From Myxococcota bacterium (GTDB lineage: Bacteria > Myxococcota_C > UBA6777), in contig JAKLKB010000005.1 of assembly GCA_023150835.1 (NCBI GenBank), positions 62,001 through 94,991 of the forward strand: DNA of 32,991 nt. Reading direction: 5' to 3'. Position numbers and translations under genes: made by a program. Positions 1-8,473 of the stretch are shown piece by piece. The first letter of the stretch is position 1. Every line of letters starts with the position of its first letter. The notes beneath the pieces are model-generated. The model ran no database searches. It was not told the origin of the DNA and saw nothing but the letters and a program-made list of their open reading frames with translations.

Positions 1-104
1 TGCTTTTCCATCGCTACGTGCAACATCCCCGTCAACAACAACACATCCGCCTGAAACGACGACAACTGCTCCCGCGTTAACGCATCCTCCTCAAACCGCT
101 CCAC
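1..104 (-). CDS. 5' part of a hypothetical protein running off the left edge
   Basis: Minus-strand GTG at 104-102, 8 nt after AGGGAGG; frame stays open to the edge (MERFEEDALTREQLSSFQADVLLLTGMLHVAMEK). Confidence 0.45.
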   Translation of the reverse strand, partial: MERFEEDALTREQLSSFQADVLLLTGMLHVAMEK

Positions 105-367
105 CTTCCGTTCCTCCCTATCCTTCGTTGAAAACACGCTCTCACGCCAACGATCCTCTCGCCTAACCACACACCGAAACGATCCGCGCAAATTTCGTGA
201 ACACCTTTGCTCGATCATTCGACAAAGCCACCGAAGACTCTAGCCTCCGACACAAAAATGTGTCAACTTTCCAAGACTCACCGCTGCTCCGAGCCGAATC
301 GCATCTTTGCACAATACAACACGCTCGGGCGCATCTTTTTTCCTTTCGGACCTTGTAGGAAGACAAC

Positions 368-862
368 ATGTCACAAAGTGCTTTTGATGAAGCTCGCCAA
401 ACTGCCGCCGCCAGCGCCAAACAGATCGCGCAAAAACTCGGGCTGCGCTCGGACGAAGTCTCCATCCTCCTTTGCAGTTCGGATGGTTCTTCGCTGCGCT
501 TCCTCTACCCTGAAGCTCTCTTCAAAACGGGCATCCGCCTTCCCAACGACCGCAACTCGCTCGCTGGACAGGCCATCTACTACCAAAAACCACAACTCCA
601 CAACAACATGACCCAAATCAAGCGTATGGCCTTCTTTGAGCGCGTCAAAACAGGCGAAGAATCCCCCACCCCCATCCAAAAAATGCTCACCCTCCCGATC
701 CTCAACGGAAACAACGTCACCGCCATCGTCCAATGCAGCCGAAAAGCCAAAACCCTCGAAGAAGCCGGCCCCGACTTCACCAAAGACGATATCGCCGCAC
801 TCGCAGAAGATCTCTTCGAGATCGCCACCCTCCTCCCTCTCCTTCGCCCCACCGACTTTTAA
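368..862 (+). CDS. Stand-alone GAF-domain protein
   Basis: ATG with AGGA upstream; GAF-like segments SLAGQAIYYQKPQLHNN, KMLTLPILNGNNVTAIVQCSRK and FTKDDIAAL. Confidence 0.75.
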   Translation: MSQSAFDEARQTAAASAKQIAQKLGLRSDEVSILLCSSDGSSLRFLYPEALFKTGIRLPNDRNSLAGQAIYYQKPQLHNNMTQIKRMAFFERVKTGEESPTPIQKMLTLPILNGNNVTAIVQCSRKAKTLEEAGPDFTKDDIAALAEDLFEIATLLPLLRPTDF

Positions 863-875
863 CCACAAATCCCCG

Positions 876-1733
876 TCAATCCGCAGGAATCGAGCCTTCG
901 CTTTGTGGCTGTGAAGCGGCCACCGTCGTGGGTTCGTCGGGCACTTTCAACGCCATCTGTTGCCACCATTCCGCTTCCAACAATCGCTTGCGATCAGGGT
1001 TTGTGATCCGAGCCAAAAAGCAGTAGCCCGTCTCTTCTTCGAGTACACGCACAGACATCGCGTACGACCACAGATCGGCAGCGCGCACCTCTTCGTTGGG
1101 AAGCACAAACGCAATACAACGATCGTGTTTGTACGAATACACCACCTTATAAAACCGACGTGGTACGGGGATGTCCGACACACGCTGATTGCGCTCCCCA
1201 TACAACGGACCCGCCACCACCGCCAGTTTTCCCAGCCCGAGCGTCCACTTGCGCACCAACATCTCCAAACTCCGCCACGCCTGCCGATTGAGCCTTGGAT
1301 GCTGGAGCGCAACACAACTCATCGCAAAGGTCTCATCGTTGCTTTCGCGTGAAAAATCCACCGCAGCACTCGGCACCAGATGCCCTTTGTCGTAACCCGA
1401 ATTGCGAAACGCATCGGGTTTCACACGATACTTCTCGGGGACCTCAGGATCGGCATAAAAGCGATCTCCTCGATCTGTGTCCACTCCGATCGAATGGCGC
1501 GAGATAATGTACGACACCCACAACGCCGTCTTGCGCTTGAAACAATAACCCGCGCTGTATCCAATCCGATCAAGCACCAGATCGCTCGGACAAGGCTCTC
1601 CCACCGCTCGGTGATTGCGAAAACGAAACACCCACGTATACGTCCGATGTCGATGCGGCCAGATGTACCGCACAAACAGATGATACAACCCACCACCCAC
1701 CACCGCTGCCAAAAGATGCGTCACGATCCACAC
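876..1733 (-). CDS. DNA/RNA non-specific endonuclease (NucA/EndoG beta-beta-alpha-Me family) with N-terminal hydrophobic anchor
   Basis: YDKGHLVP (DRGH-type motif), ETFAMSCVALQHPRLNRQAWRSLE and IPVPRRFYKVV; GTG start with GGAGG. Confidence 0.9.
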   Translation of the reverse strand: MWIVTHLLAAVVGGGLYHLFVRYIWPHRHRTYTWVFRFRNHRAVGEPCPSDLVLDRIGYSAGYCFKRKTALWVSYIISRHSIGVDTDRGDRFYADPEVPEKYRVKPDAFRNSGYDKGHLVPSAAVDFSRESNDETFAMSCVALQHPRLNRQAWRSLEMLVRKWTLGLGKLAVVAGPLYGERNQRVSDIPVPRRFYKVVYSYKHDRCIAFVLPNEEVRAADLWSYAMSVRVLEEETGYCFLARITNPDRKRLLEAEWWQQMALKVPDEPTTVAASQPQSEGSIPAD

Positions 1734-1759
1734 AGCAACCCTCCATCACGAAAATTCGC

Positions 1760-3043
1760 TCAAACAGCCCTTGATGATCGCGGTCGGATCGCTTGGATCA
1801 CCAACATCTCATCGCCCTCTTCCCACGGCGTTTTGTGCAGATCACAATAACAACCGCCGATCACAAACCCCACTTCCTCCAACATCGACACCAACTGCGC
1901 TTGGTGCAGATAACGCTGTGGGATCGCATACACTTGTTCGCTCTCCACACCGTCTTCCGTTGTTCGGTACAGATAATAAGCATCCCAACGCTGTTCGCTC
2001 GGCTCCAAACAACGACCCTCCAAGATATCAACGCATCGCTCGCCCTCATACAACGAAGCCAACGGCTCGAACGTCACCAGCTTTCCGTCCGCCAAAAAAA
2101 AACTCCCTCCCCGCGACCGCTCCCGAACCTCTTCATCCTCCGAGACTTCGGCACTTTCATCGACACCAACGTCCGATGCTTCGGCCCTTTCAGCATCGTT
2201 GTGTTCGCCCGATACTTCGGCCTCTTCAGCGGATGTCTGTTCCTTCGATGCTTCGGCTTCTTCAGCGGATGCTTGTTCCTTCGATACTTCGGCTTCTTCA
2301 GCAGATGTCTGTTCCTTCGATGCTTCGGCTTCTTCAGCAGATGTCTGTTCCTTCGATGCTTCGGCTTCTTCAGCGGATGTCTGTTCCTTCGATGCTTCGG
2401 CTTCTTCAGCGGATGTCTGTTCCTTCGATGCTTCGGCTTCTTCAGCGGATGTCTGTTCCTTCGATACTTCGGCTTCTTCGGACGAAGCGTCCAGATCGAC
2501 TTGATACAGATCGAGCCAAAGTTCGCCCCCTGCGACGAGGTGGTCAAAAGCCCGTTGCAAACAGGCGCGTTGTGCGGACTCGCTGAGTAGCACGTACAGG
2601 CCATTGTAGGGGATCAGCACCCGATCAAAACGTTGTGGAAGGGAAAATTCGGACATATCGGCAAGGATCAAAGAGGCGCGATCGCGGATCGCGTCGGGAG
2701 CGGAAGAGAGGCGTTGTTGGAGGGCGGCGATCATGTCGGGATGGAGGTCAAGACCTGTCACGCGATGCCCTGCCTCTAAAAGCGGTCGCATCACGCGACC
2801 CCACCCACAACCCAACTCCAAGACGGTCTCGGCCCCCCGACACACCCGCCGATAAAACGCGATATCTCCTGCGTTTCCTCGGTGCGTGATCTGATACAGC
2901 GAAACATCATACAGATCGGACGAACAGACATCGTGTGGATCGGGCAAAGAGACATCGTGCGGATCGGGCGAAGAGACATCGTGCGGATCGGGCGAAGAGA
3001 CATCGTGCGGATCGGGCGAAGAGACACCGTGTGGATCGGACAA
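1760..3043 (-). CDS. Class I SAM-dependent methyltransferase carrying two tandem-repeat tracts
   Basis: Motif I VLELGCGWGRV, VTGLDLHPDM, ADMSEFSLPQRFDRVLIPYN, HLVAGGELWLD; TTG start 5 nt after GGAGG. Confidence 0.85.
   Translation of the reverse strand: MSDPHGVSSPDPHDVSSPDPHDVSSPDPHDVSLPDPHDVCSSDLYDVSLYQITHRGNAGDIAFYRRVCRGAETVLELGCGWGRVMRPLLEAGHRVTGLDLHPDMIAALQQRLSSAPDAIRDRASLILADMSEFSLPQRFDRVLIPYNGLYVLLSESAQRACLQRAFDHLVAGGELWLDLYQVDLDASSEEAEVSKEQTSAEEAEASKEQTSAEEAEASKEQTSAEEAEASKEQTSAEEAEASKEQTSAEEAEVSKEQASAEEAEASKEQTSAEEAEVSGEHNDAERAEASDVGVDESAEVSEDEEVRERSRGGSFFLADGKLVTFEPLASLYEGERCVDILEGRCLEPSEQRWDAYYLYRTTEDGVESEQVYAIPQRYLHQAQLVSMLEEVGFVIGGCYCDLHKTPWEEGDEMLVIQAIRPRSSRAV
2211..2479. repeat. 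36-bp in-frame tandem repeat, ~7.5 copies (encodes EEAEASKEQTSA)
   Basis: Unit GATGCTTCGGCTTCTTCAGCGGATGTCTGTTCCTTC starting at 2211, 2247, 2283 ... 2463. Confidence 0.95.
2901..3040. repeat. 24-bp in-frame tandem repeat, ~6 copies (encodes SSPDPHDV)
   Basis: Unit GAGACATCGTGCGGATCGGGCGAA at 2901, 2925, 2949, 2973, 2997 and 3021, with outer copies degenerate. Confidence 0.95.
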
Positions 3044-3082
3044 AACAACCTCCGTCTTGGCCTCCTAGATACCGCGTTGGGG

Positions 3083-4693
3083 CTAGGAGCTCTGTTGGCG
3101 AGCGGCGGCGGCGGGTGGAAAAGCGTTGTCGTCTTTTGCGTCGCGTGTCTTGGGTGAAGGCAAGGCCACGAGGTTGTTTTTGGGAGGGAGTGCCTTGGTT
3201 TCGTCCAGTTGATAGTCTCGAACGATGCAAAACTCGGTGGCTTCGGCAGAAAGCATCACACCCGGGACACCTGCGCCGGGATGGGTTCCTGCACCGACCA
3301 TATACAACCCTTCGACATCTTCGCTTTTGTTATGTGGCCGCAGATAGGCCGTTTGCGAAAGTTTGGGCTCAACACCAAAGGCATTGCCGTAGTGCGAGTT
3401 GAGCGTATGCTGAAAGTCGTTGGGTGTAAAGACTTCGCAAACGTCGAGGTGTTCGCGCAATCCTTCAAGCCCCCACTCTTCAAGGAAACGCAGCACCTTG
3501 TCGGTGAATCCGTCCTTGATCGCGTCCCAATCGAGACCCGAAGTATTGTTGGCGACGGGAATCAACACATACATACTTTCGCAACCTTCGGGAGCCATCT
3601 CCGCATCGGTGCGCGTCGGGACGTGCAGGTACATACTAAAATCATCGGGCAAGATCTTGTTCTTAAAGATATCACGGATTAGTTCACGATACCGCTCCGA
3701 CAAGATCAACGTGTGGTGCTTGAGAGACGGATACTGCTTGCGAACACCAAGGTACAGCAAAAAGCAGCTCATGGTGTACGAGGTCTTGGCCACTTTCTTG
3801 TCGGTCCATTTCTTCCGATTCTCCGAAGCGATCAGCTTGGAGTAGGTGTGTCCAAAGTCTGCGTTGCTCACCACCAGATCTGCGGGGAAAAAAGTATCAT
3901 TGGCTTCAACGCCCACCGCACGGCCTTGTTCGACACGGATCTTTTGGACTTCGCACGAGGTATGTACTTCGCCACCAAGCTCCAAAAAGACCTTCTCTAG
4001 GGCCTTGACGAGGCTGTACATCCCGCCCTTCGTGAACCACACCCCAAGCTCTCGTTCCAAATAAGGGATCATCAAGTACACCGACGGAGCGCTGAATGGG
4101 TTGCCACCGATAAACAACGGGTGAAAGCTAAACATAAAGCGGTGACGGAAGTCCTGAAAATAACGCTGGACGTAGTTGTGGACAGGTCGATAGGCTTCCA
4201 GTTTGATCGCACGCGGAACAAACGCAAGCATCGAGCGGATCGTATCAAAGGGCCGTGCGCCGAGTTGATCCGTGATCACCGCTTCGTAGATCGGCTTGAG
4301 CTTTTCCATGAAAGCATCATAGCGCTCCGCGTCTTTGGCATTAAACTTCCGCATCTCCGCTTTCATCTTCTCGCTGTCACCGCTGTAATCAAGAAAAGTC
4401 TTGTCGTGGTAATAGATCCGATAATACGGATCGAGCGGCAGCAGTTCGAGATAATCCGATAGTTTCTTGCCTGCGGCTTCAAAGATCGATTCGATGATCG
4501 GTGGTGCGGTGATCAAGCTCGGTCCCATATCGAAGGTGTATCCGTCTTTTTTGAGCTGGTACGCTCGGCCCCCGACCATCTCCCGCTTCTCAAGCAGCTT
4601 GACTTGGATCCCTCGCGCCTGCAATCGCACCGCCAACGACAAACCACCAAATCCACTTCCGATCACCACTGCACTTTTCGGCTTTTTCTGCAT
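3083..4693 (-). CDS. crtI: Phytoene desaturase (CrtI family)
   Basis: FAD motif VVIGSGFGGLSLA, GGRAY..GYTFDMGPSLIT, KGGM, and C-terminal GLYMVGAGTHPGAGVPGV. Start placed at ATG 4693 (MQKKPK). Confidence 0.95.
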   Translation of the reverse strand: MQKKPKSAVVIGSGFGGLSLAVRLQARGIQVKLLEKREMVGGRAYQLKKDGYTFDMGPSLITAPPIIESIFEAAGKKLSDYLELLPLDPYYRIYYHDKTFLDYSGDSEKMKAEMRKFNAKDAERYDAFMEKLKPIYEAVITDQLGARPFDTIRSMLAFVPRAIKLEAYRPVHNYVQRYFQDFRHRFMFSFHPLFIGGNPFSAPSVYLMIPYLERELGVWFTKGGMYSLVKALEKVFLELGGEVHTSCEVQKIRVEQGRAVGVEANDTFFPADLVVSNADFGHTYSKLIASENRKKWTDKKVAKTSYTMSCFLLYLGVRKQYPSLKHHTLILSERYRELIRDIFKNKILPDDFSMYLHVPTRTDAEMAPEGCESMYVLIPVANNTSGLDWDAIKDGFTDKVLRFLEEWGLEGLREHLDVCEVFTPNDFQHTLNSHYGNAFGVEPKLSQTAYLRPHNKSEDVEGLYMVGAGTHPGAGVPGVMLSAEATEFCIVRDYQLDETKALPPKNNLVALPSPKTRDAKDDNAFPPAAAARQQSS

Positions 4694-5047
4694 GACACGC
4701 TTCACTTTCTTCTCTTGCAACAACGCAGCCCAAACGATCCGCCTCAAACACACAAAAATCATGCTTTTTGGACAGCATCAGGGCATTGCGATATCTCGCG
4801 TCGATCCCCCTACACGTTCGGGGGTGTACGCTTGCGTTTTGTGTTCCCTACAGATTCTGCTCACGCTCAAAGGATTCGCGAAAAAATCCCAAAACATCGA
4901 TCTCATAGGAGTGAGAGGGTGTCTGGATCAGCGATATCTGAACGCGATATCTCCGCGTAATGTATGAATGAGGGGGGGGCAAAGACGCTCTCTCGTGCAA
5001 ACAGCGTGCGGCATGGAACACCAAAACCTCGCAGCCTCCGAAGATCG

Positions 5048-5210
5048 AGGGCAGGCACGGGGGCCTGCCCCTACGAAACACCGTGTGATTTCCAACACGT
5101 AGGGGCAACCCCCTGTGGTTGCCCTGTTGTTGGGGTTAGTTCAAAACAGATGGCGATGAAGAGGTCACCGACGCAACAGATCGAGGGCAGGCACACCTGT
5201 CTGCCCCTAC
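5048..5210. repeat. Cluster of three GTAG-type REP palindromes
   Basis: GTAGGGGCAGGCCCCCGTGCCTGCCCT (minus, 5048-5074), GTAGGGGCAACCCCCTGTGGTTGCCCT (plus, 5099-5125) and GTAGGGGCAGACAGGTGTGCCTGCCCT (minus, 5184-5210). Confidence 0.8.
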
Positions 5211-5310
5211 ATATCGGCGCACACAACGGGCGGATATCGTATGAGAGGGTCCCCCACGACGCTTCGCTGTGGAGCGAGGAAGGGTAAGGGGCATCGCGAG
5301 AAAGCGCATA

Positions 5311-5421
5311 GATGCGATTTTGGATGAGTTGCATACACAAAGGAGGGTTTTTGGATGGGGGGTTTGTTTGGGAGGATGCGATTTTGGACGGGCGTCATGT
5401 ACGGGGATGCGATTTTGGATG
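5311..5421. repeat. Four spaced direct repeats, core GATGCGATTTTGGAYG, period 31-33 bp, with non-identical spacers
   Basis: Cores at 5311, ~5343 (degenerate), 5375 and 5406. Confidence 0.75.
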
Positions 5422-5446
5422 TATGGCGAGAGTCGGGTCTGCCTCT

Positions 5447-8400
5447 TCACCCATTCGACTCGGCGTGGCTGTGCAGCACAAACGGCTGCGTGGAAGGTCG
5501 TTTCCATCGCAAACGCTCCTGACGCAAAGACCGCAAAGCTCGCCACGCCAGCCATATCTTTTGCTTCTTGGTTGTGTAGACGCGCTCGCTGAGGTTGTCG
5601 AATCCGCGTTCAACAAGCCGATCTTGGATCCCCTTGTACACGGTCGCAGCGACCGCCACAGGGCGCTGGAAAAATTCGGGCAAACACGGGATCGCCACAA
5701 AAGCTTCTTGGTAAGCCCGATCGGCGATCTCGGCGATCTCTTGCAAACAGGCCCGATACCCCGAAGTGATCGGCATCTTTCCCTCAACCATCTCCGCGAT
5801 CTGCGCTTCCTCCACCCCATGCTTCGCCATCACCGACGCAGGCAGATACAACCGACCCATCCGCCAATCTTCGCTCACATCGCGCAAGATATTGGTCAAC
5901 TGCATCGCATGACCCAACAAAGACGCTCGCCGCAACACTTCGCGATCATGCACCCCAAACAACTCCGTCAACCAACACCCCACCACCGAGGCCACACGAT
6001 ACGTATACAGCTGCAACGCCTCCATATCCCGATAACGACGCGGCGTGATATCCATCCGCACCCCTTCGATCAACGCATCCACATACGCAAACGGCACTCC
6101 CGCCCCCGCCATCTCACCCATCACAGACCCCAACAACGGATGCTCCGACAACTTCCCCTCATAGGCCGCTCGCGCCAAGCCTTTCCAAGCATCCAACAAC
6201 CGATGCAACGCCGTCTCCGAGAGCCCTTCTCGACCATCCACCAGATCGTCTGTGTAACGGCAAAAAGCATACACGCCCGCCACTTGTTCCATCTCACGTT
6301 TCGGAAAAAACTGCGATGCAAAACGAAACGACTTGCTGTGTTGCGCAAAATAATCGAGATGCGAACCCGATCCAACCAGATCACGCGCTTCCAACAATCG
6401 CTTGATCTCCGCATCTTCGGCTTTTGTCACCGCGTTCTCATACGCCACTTCATCCTCGATCACCTGATGCGCACGCTCTTGCCAACGCGAAACCACCGCG
6501 CACAACACAGGTTGCTCCCCCGCAAGCTCCCGCAAGTCCGACAAAAATGCTGTATAGATCTCGTCAAGATGTGACAGCGCCCGTTCCATCGCAGCCTTTT
6601 GCTCTACCCGACGAAACAACGCACCACACAAGCCAGCCCCGACCTTCTCTCCTTGTGGCACTGCAAAGAACGCTCGCGGCCAAGTCCACTTTCCTTGAAG
6701 AAAGTCTTGAAAGGCAGGTTTCCCCGTCTGAGCGCGTGGACAATAATCCAGCAGATCATCCAACATCTGATACAAACAACCCAAACGCCGACCCAACGCA
6801 TAATACGCCATCGCCTGCGGATCTTCCGACAACATCGGCTGGATCGCCATCGCAAAACCAAACAACTCGCCCGACTTGCCACCGACGATCTCTTCGTACG
6901 CTTCCCGCGTCAGTTCTTTTCCAACAGCACGCGCTTGACGCAACTCACCTGCCACCGTTCGCTCGACCACCCGCGCAAACAGCGTCATCAACGGCAACGA
7001 ACCCGTCTGCGCGATCACCCGATACGCCGCCGTCAAAAAATGATCGCCCATCACCAACGCCGCTCCTACGCCGCGCTCTGCATACAACGTCGGTTGCCCC
7101 CGTCGTTCGGCGGCTTCGTCGATGATATCGTCATGCAACAGCGAAGCCTCGTGAACCATCTGCACAGCCAGCGCTCCCTGCCAAAACCGCGCATCCTCCG
7201 CCCCCAACGAAGCGGCGATCCCGTATCCCACCAACGGGCGGATCATCTGCCCTTCCAACGCGATCTTCGGCAAACCTTCGGCTTCCAGTCTTGCGGATTG
7301 GCCTTGCAAACCCAACAAGACCGCTGACTGCGCAAGCTCCAACGTTCCCTCACGCTCTCGCCTCAACAAACCTTCGCTCTGTTGTGTGTCCACAGAAACC
7401 GACGTAGCATCCGCCGTATTCGAAGCATCAGTGGACAGAACCGCTGCGGCAGACACCGATGGCGTAGACTCTTCGGTGCGCTTCCATACTCCGCTGGATG
7501 CAGCCCCCAAGATGCCCGACGATACCGACCCACCGTTGGACGAGTCCGACGAAGCACCCGCCGAACGCCACATCACGCTCTCCATAGAAAACGCTGGCTT
7601 CCCTCCGCTCGGTGGCTGCGCTTCTTGTGCGCGCCAACGCGCCCACAACATCCCCAAAACACACACCTGATACGCAAACAAGTTCAGCGCCACCGCGCCC
7701 CACAAACCACCGATCGCCACCATCCCCAGCGACAAACCTACATTCAACCCATAAAACCACGCCATCCACCGCACGGGCAACGCACGCACCCACGCATCGA
7801 CACGCAACCACACCAACGCTCCCATCACCGCAAGGCTCGTCACATACCAACCAAAGAAGTTGATCAGCGGCATCCCGTAGTAATAATGGCCTTTTTCCGC
7901 CCAGATCCAATAACGGTTGAGGTAGCTCATCGCTGGATCAAGACTCAAGTCCCACATACTCAACAGCAGCGCACCCAGCATCACCCGCCCATACCAACGC
8001 TGCTCCTGCGGAAAGGTCCACAGCGCCAGCACATACGCAGGCACCGCCATAAAAAACCAACTCACCGGGATCACCAGCGGCACATGGCCCAAAAGCTTCC
8101 AACCCAAAAGCTCCGAGTAATGGTACGATCCGAACGGAAAGCCCAACGTCGTCCCCGCATACTCGCTCAAAAAACTCAGCGCATACACCGCAACAAACGC
8201 CGACCACCAACGCCAACCCACAAAACGCACCAAGACCACCACCAACACCACACCCGCAAGCCACGATTGGCCTTCACCAAACAACCGAAATGAGATCCCG
8301 TAAAACCACGTCAAATGCGCCTGCCAACCGATCGGAAGCATCGACAGCCAGTGCGGATGACGACCAAACGTCGCATAACCCACCAACGCGACAACGCAAA

Positions 8401-8473
8401 ACGCAGCCAAACCCAACAAACTCCAATCCTCTACGCCAAAACGCGAGGCATATCGCTTCCATTGTGCGTTCAC
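5447..8473 (-). CDS. crtB: Triple fusion: CruF/DUF422-type carotenoid hydratase + trans-isoprenyl diphosphate synthase + phytoene synthase
   Basis: CruF motifs EYAGTTLGFPFGSYHY, WDLSLDPAM, YYGMPLINFFGWY; prenyltransferase FARM HDDIIDEAAERRGQPT and SARM YQMLDDLLD; CrtB motifs SKSFRFAS, YAFCRYTDDLVD, AMQLTNILRDVSEDWRMGRLYLP. Start GTG 8473 follows AGGAGG and overlaps the regulator's stop (GTGA). Confidence 0.92.
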   Translation of the reverse strand: MNAQWKRYASRFGVEDWSLLGLAAFCVVALVGYATFGRHPHWLSMLPIGWQAHLTWFYGISFRLFGEGQSWLAGVVLVVVLVRFVGWRWWSAFVAVYALSFLSEYAGTTLGFPFGSYHYSELLGWKLLGHVPLVIPVSWFFMAVPAYVLALWTFPQEQRWYGRVMLGALLLSMWDLSLDPAMSYLNRYWIWAEKGHYYYGMPLINFFGWYVTSLAVMGALVWLRVDAWVRALPVRWMAWFYGLNVGLSLGMVAIGGLWGAVALNLFAYQVCVLGMLWARWRAQEAQPPSGGKPAFSMESVMWRSAGASSDSSNGGSVSSGILGAASSGVWKRTEESTPSVSAAAVLSTDASNTADATSVSVDTQQSEGLLRREREGTLELAQSAVLLGLQGQSARLEAEGLPKIALEGQMIRPLVGYGIAASLGAEDARFWQGALAVQMVHEASLLHDDIIDEAAERRGQPTLYAERGVGAALVMGDHFLTAAYRVIAQTGSLPLMTLFARVVERTVAGELRQARAVGKELTREAYEEIVGGKSGELFGFAMAIQPMLSEDPQAMAYYALGRRLGCLYQMLDDLLDYCPRAQTGKPAFQDFLQGKWTWPRAFFAVPQGEKVGAGLCGALFRRVEQKAAMERALSHLDEIYTAFLSDLRELAGEQPVLCAVVSRWQERAHQVIEDEVAYENAVTKAEDAEIKRLLEARDLVGSGSHLDYFAQHSKSFRFASQFFPKREMEQVAGVYAFCRYTDDLVDGREGLSETALHRLLDAWKGLARAAYEGKLSEHPLLGSVMGEMAGAGVPFAYVDALIEGVRMDITPRRYRDMEALQLYTYRVASVVGCWLTELFGVHDREVLRRASLLGHAMQLTNILRDVSEDWRMGRLYLPASVMAKHGVEEAQIAEMVEGKMPITSGYRACLQEIAEIADRAYQEAFVAIPCLPEFFQRPVAVAATVYKGIQDRLVERGFDNLSERVYTTKKQKIWLAWRALRSLRQERLRWKRPSTQPFVLHSHAESNG

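Noticed and set aside
2211-2479. 36-bp repeats as a CRISPR array
   Set aside because: Units are head-to-tail with no spacers and lie in frame inside a CDS; no cas genes in the window.
4788-4952. Three GCGATATCT copies upstream of crtI as an operator
   Set aside because: Irregular spacing, and the same 9-mer occurs inside the methyltransferase CDS; likely background.
5311-5421. Spaced repeats as a mini-CRISPR
   Set aside because: The 16-bp repeat and ~16-bp spacers are too short, there is no palindrome or leader, and no cas genes.
5312-6574. Long antisense ORFs (5312-6574, 7382-8293, 8623-9591, 23849-24823, 26480-27706, 27954-28865)
   Set aside because: They are shadows of well-supported genes on the opposite strand and carry no motifs.
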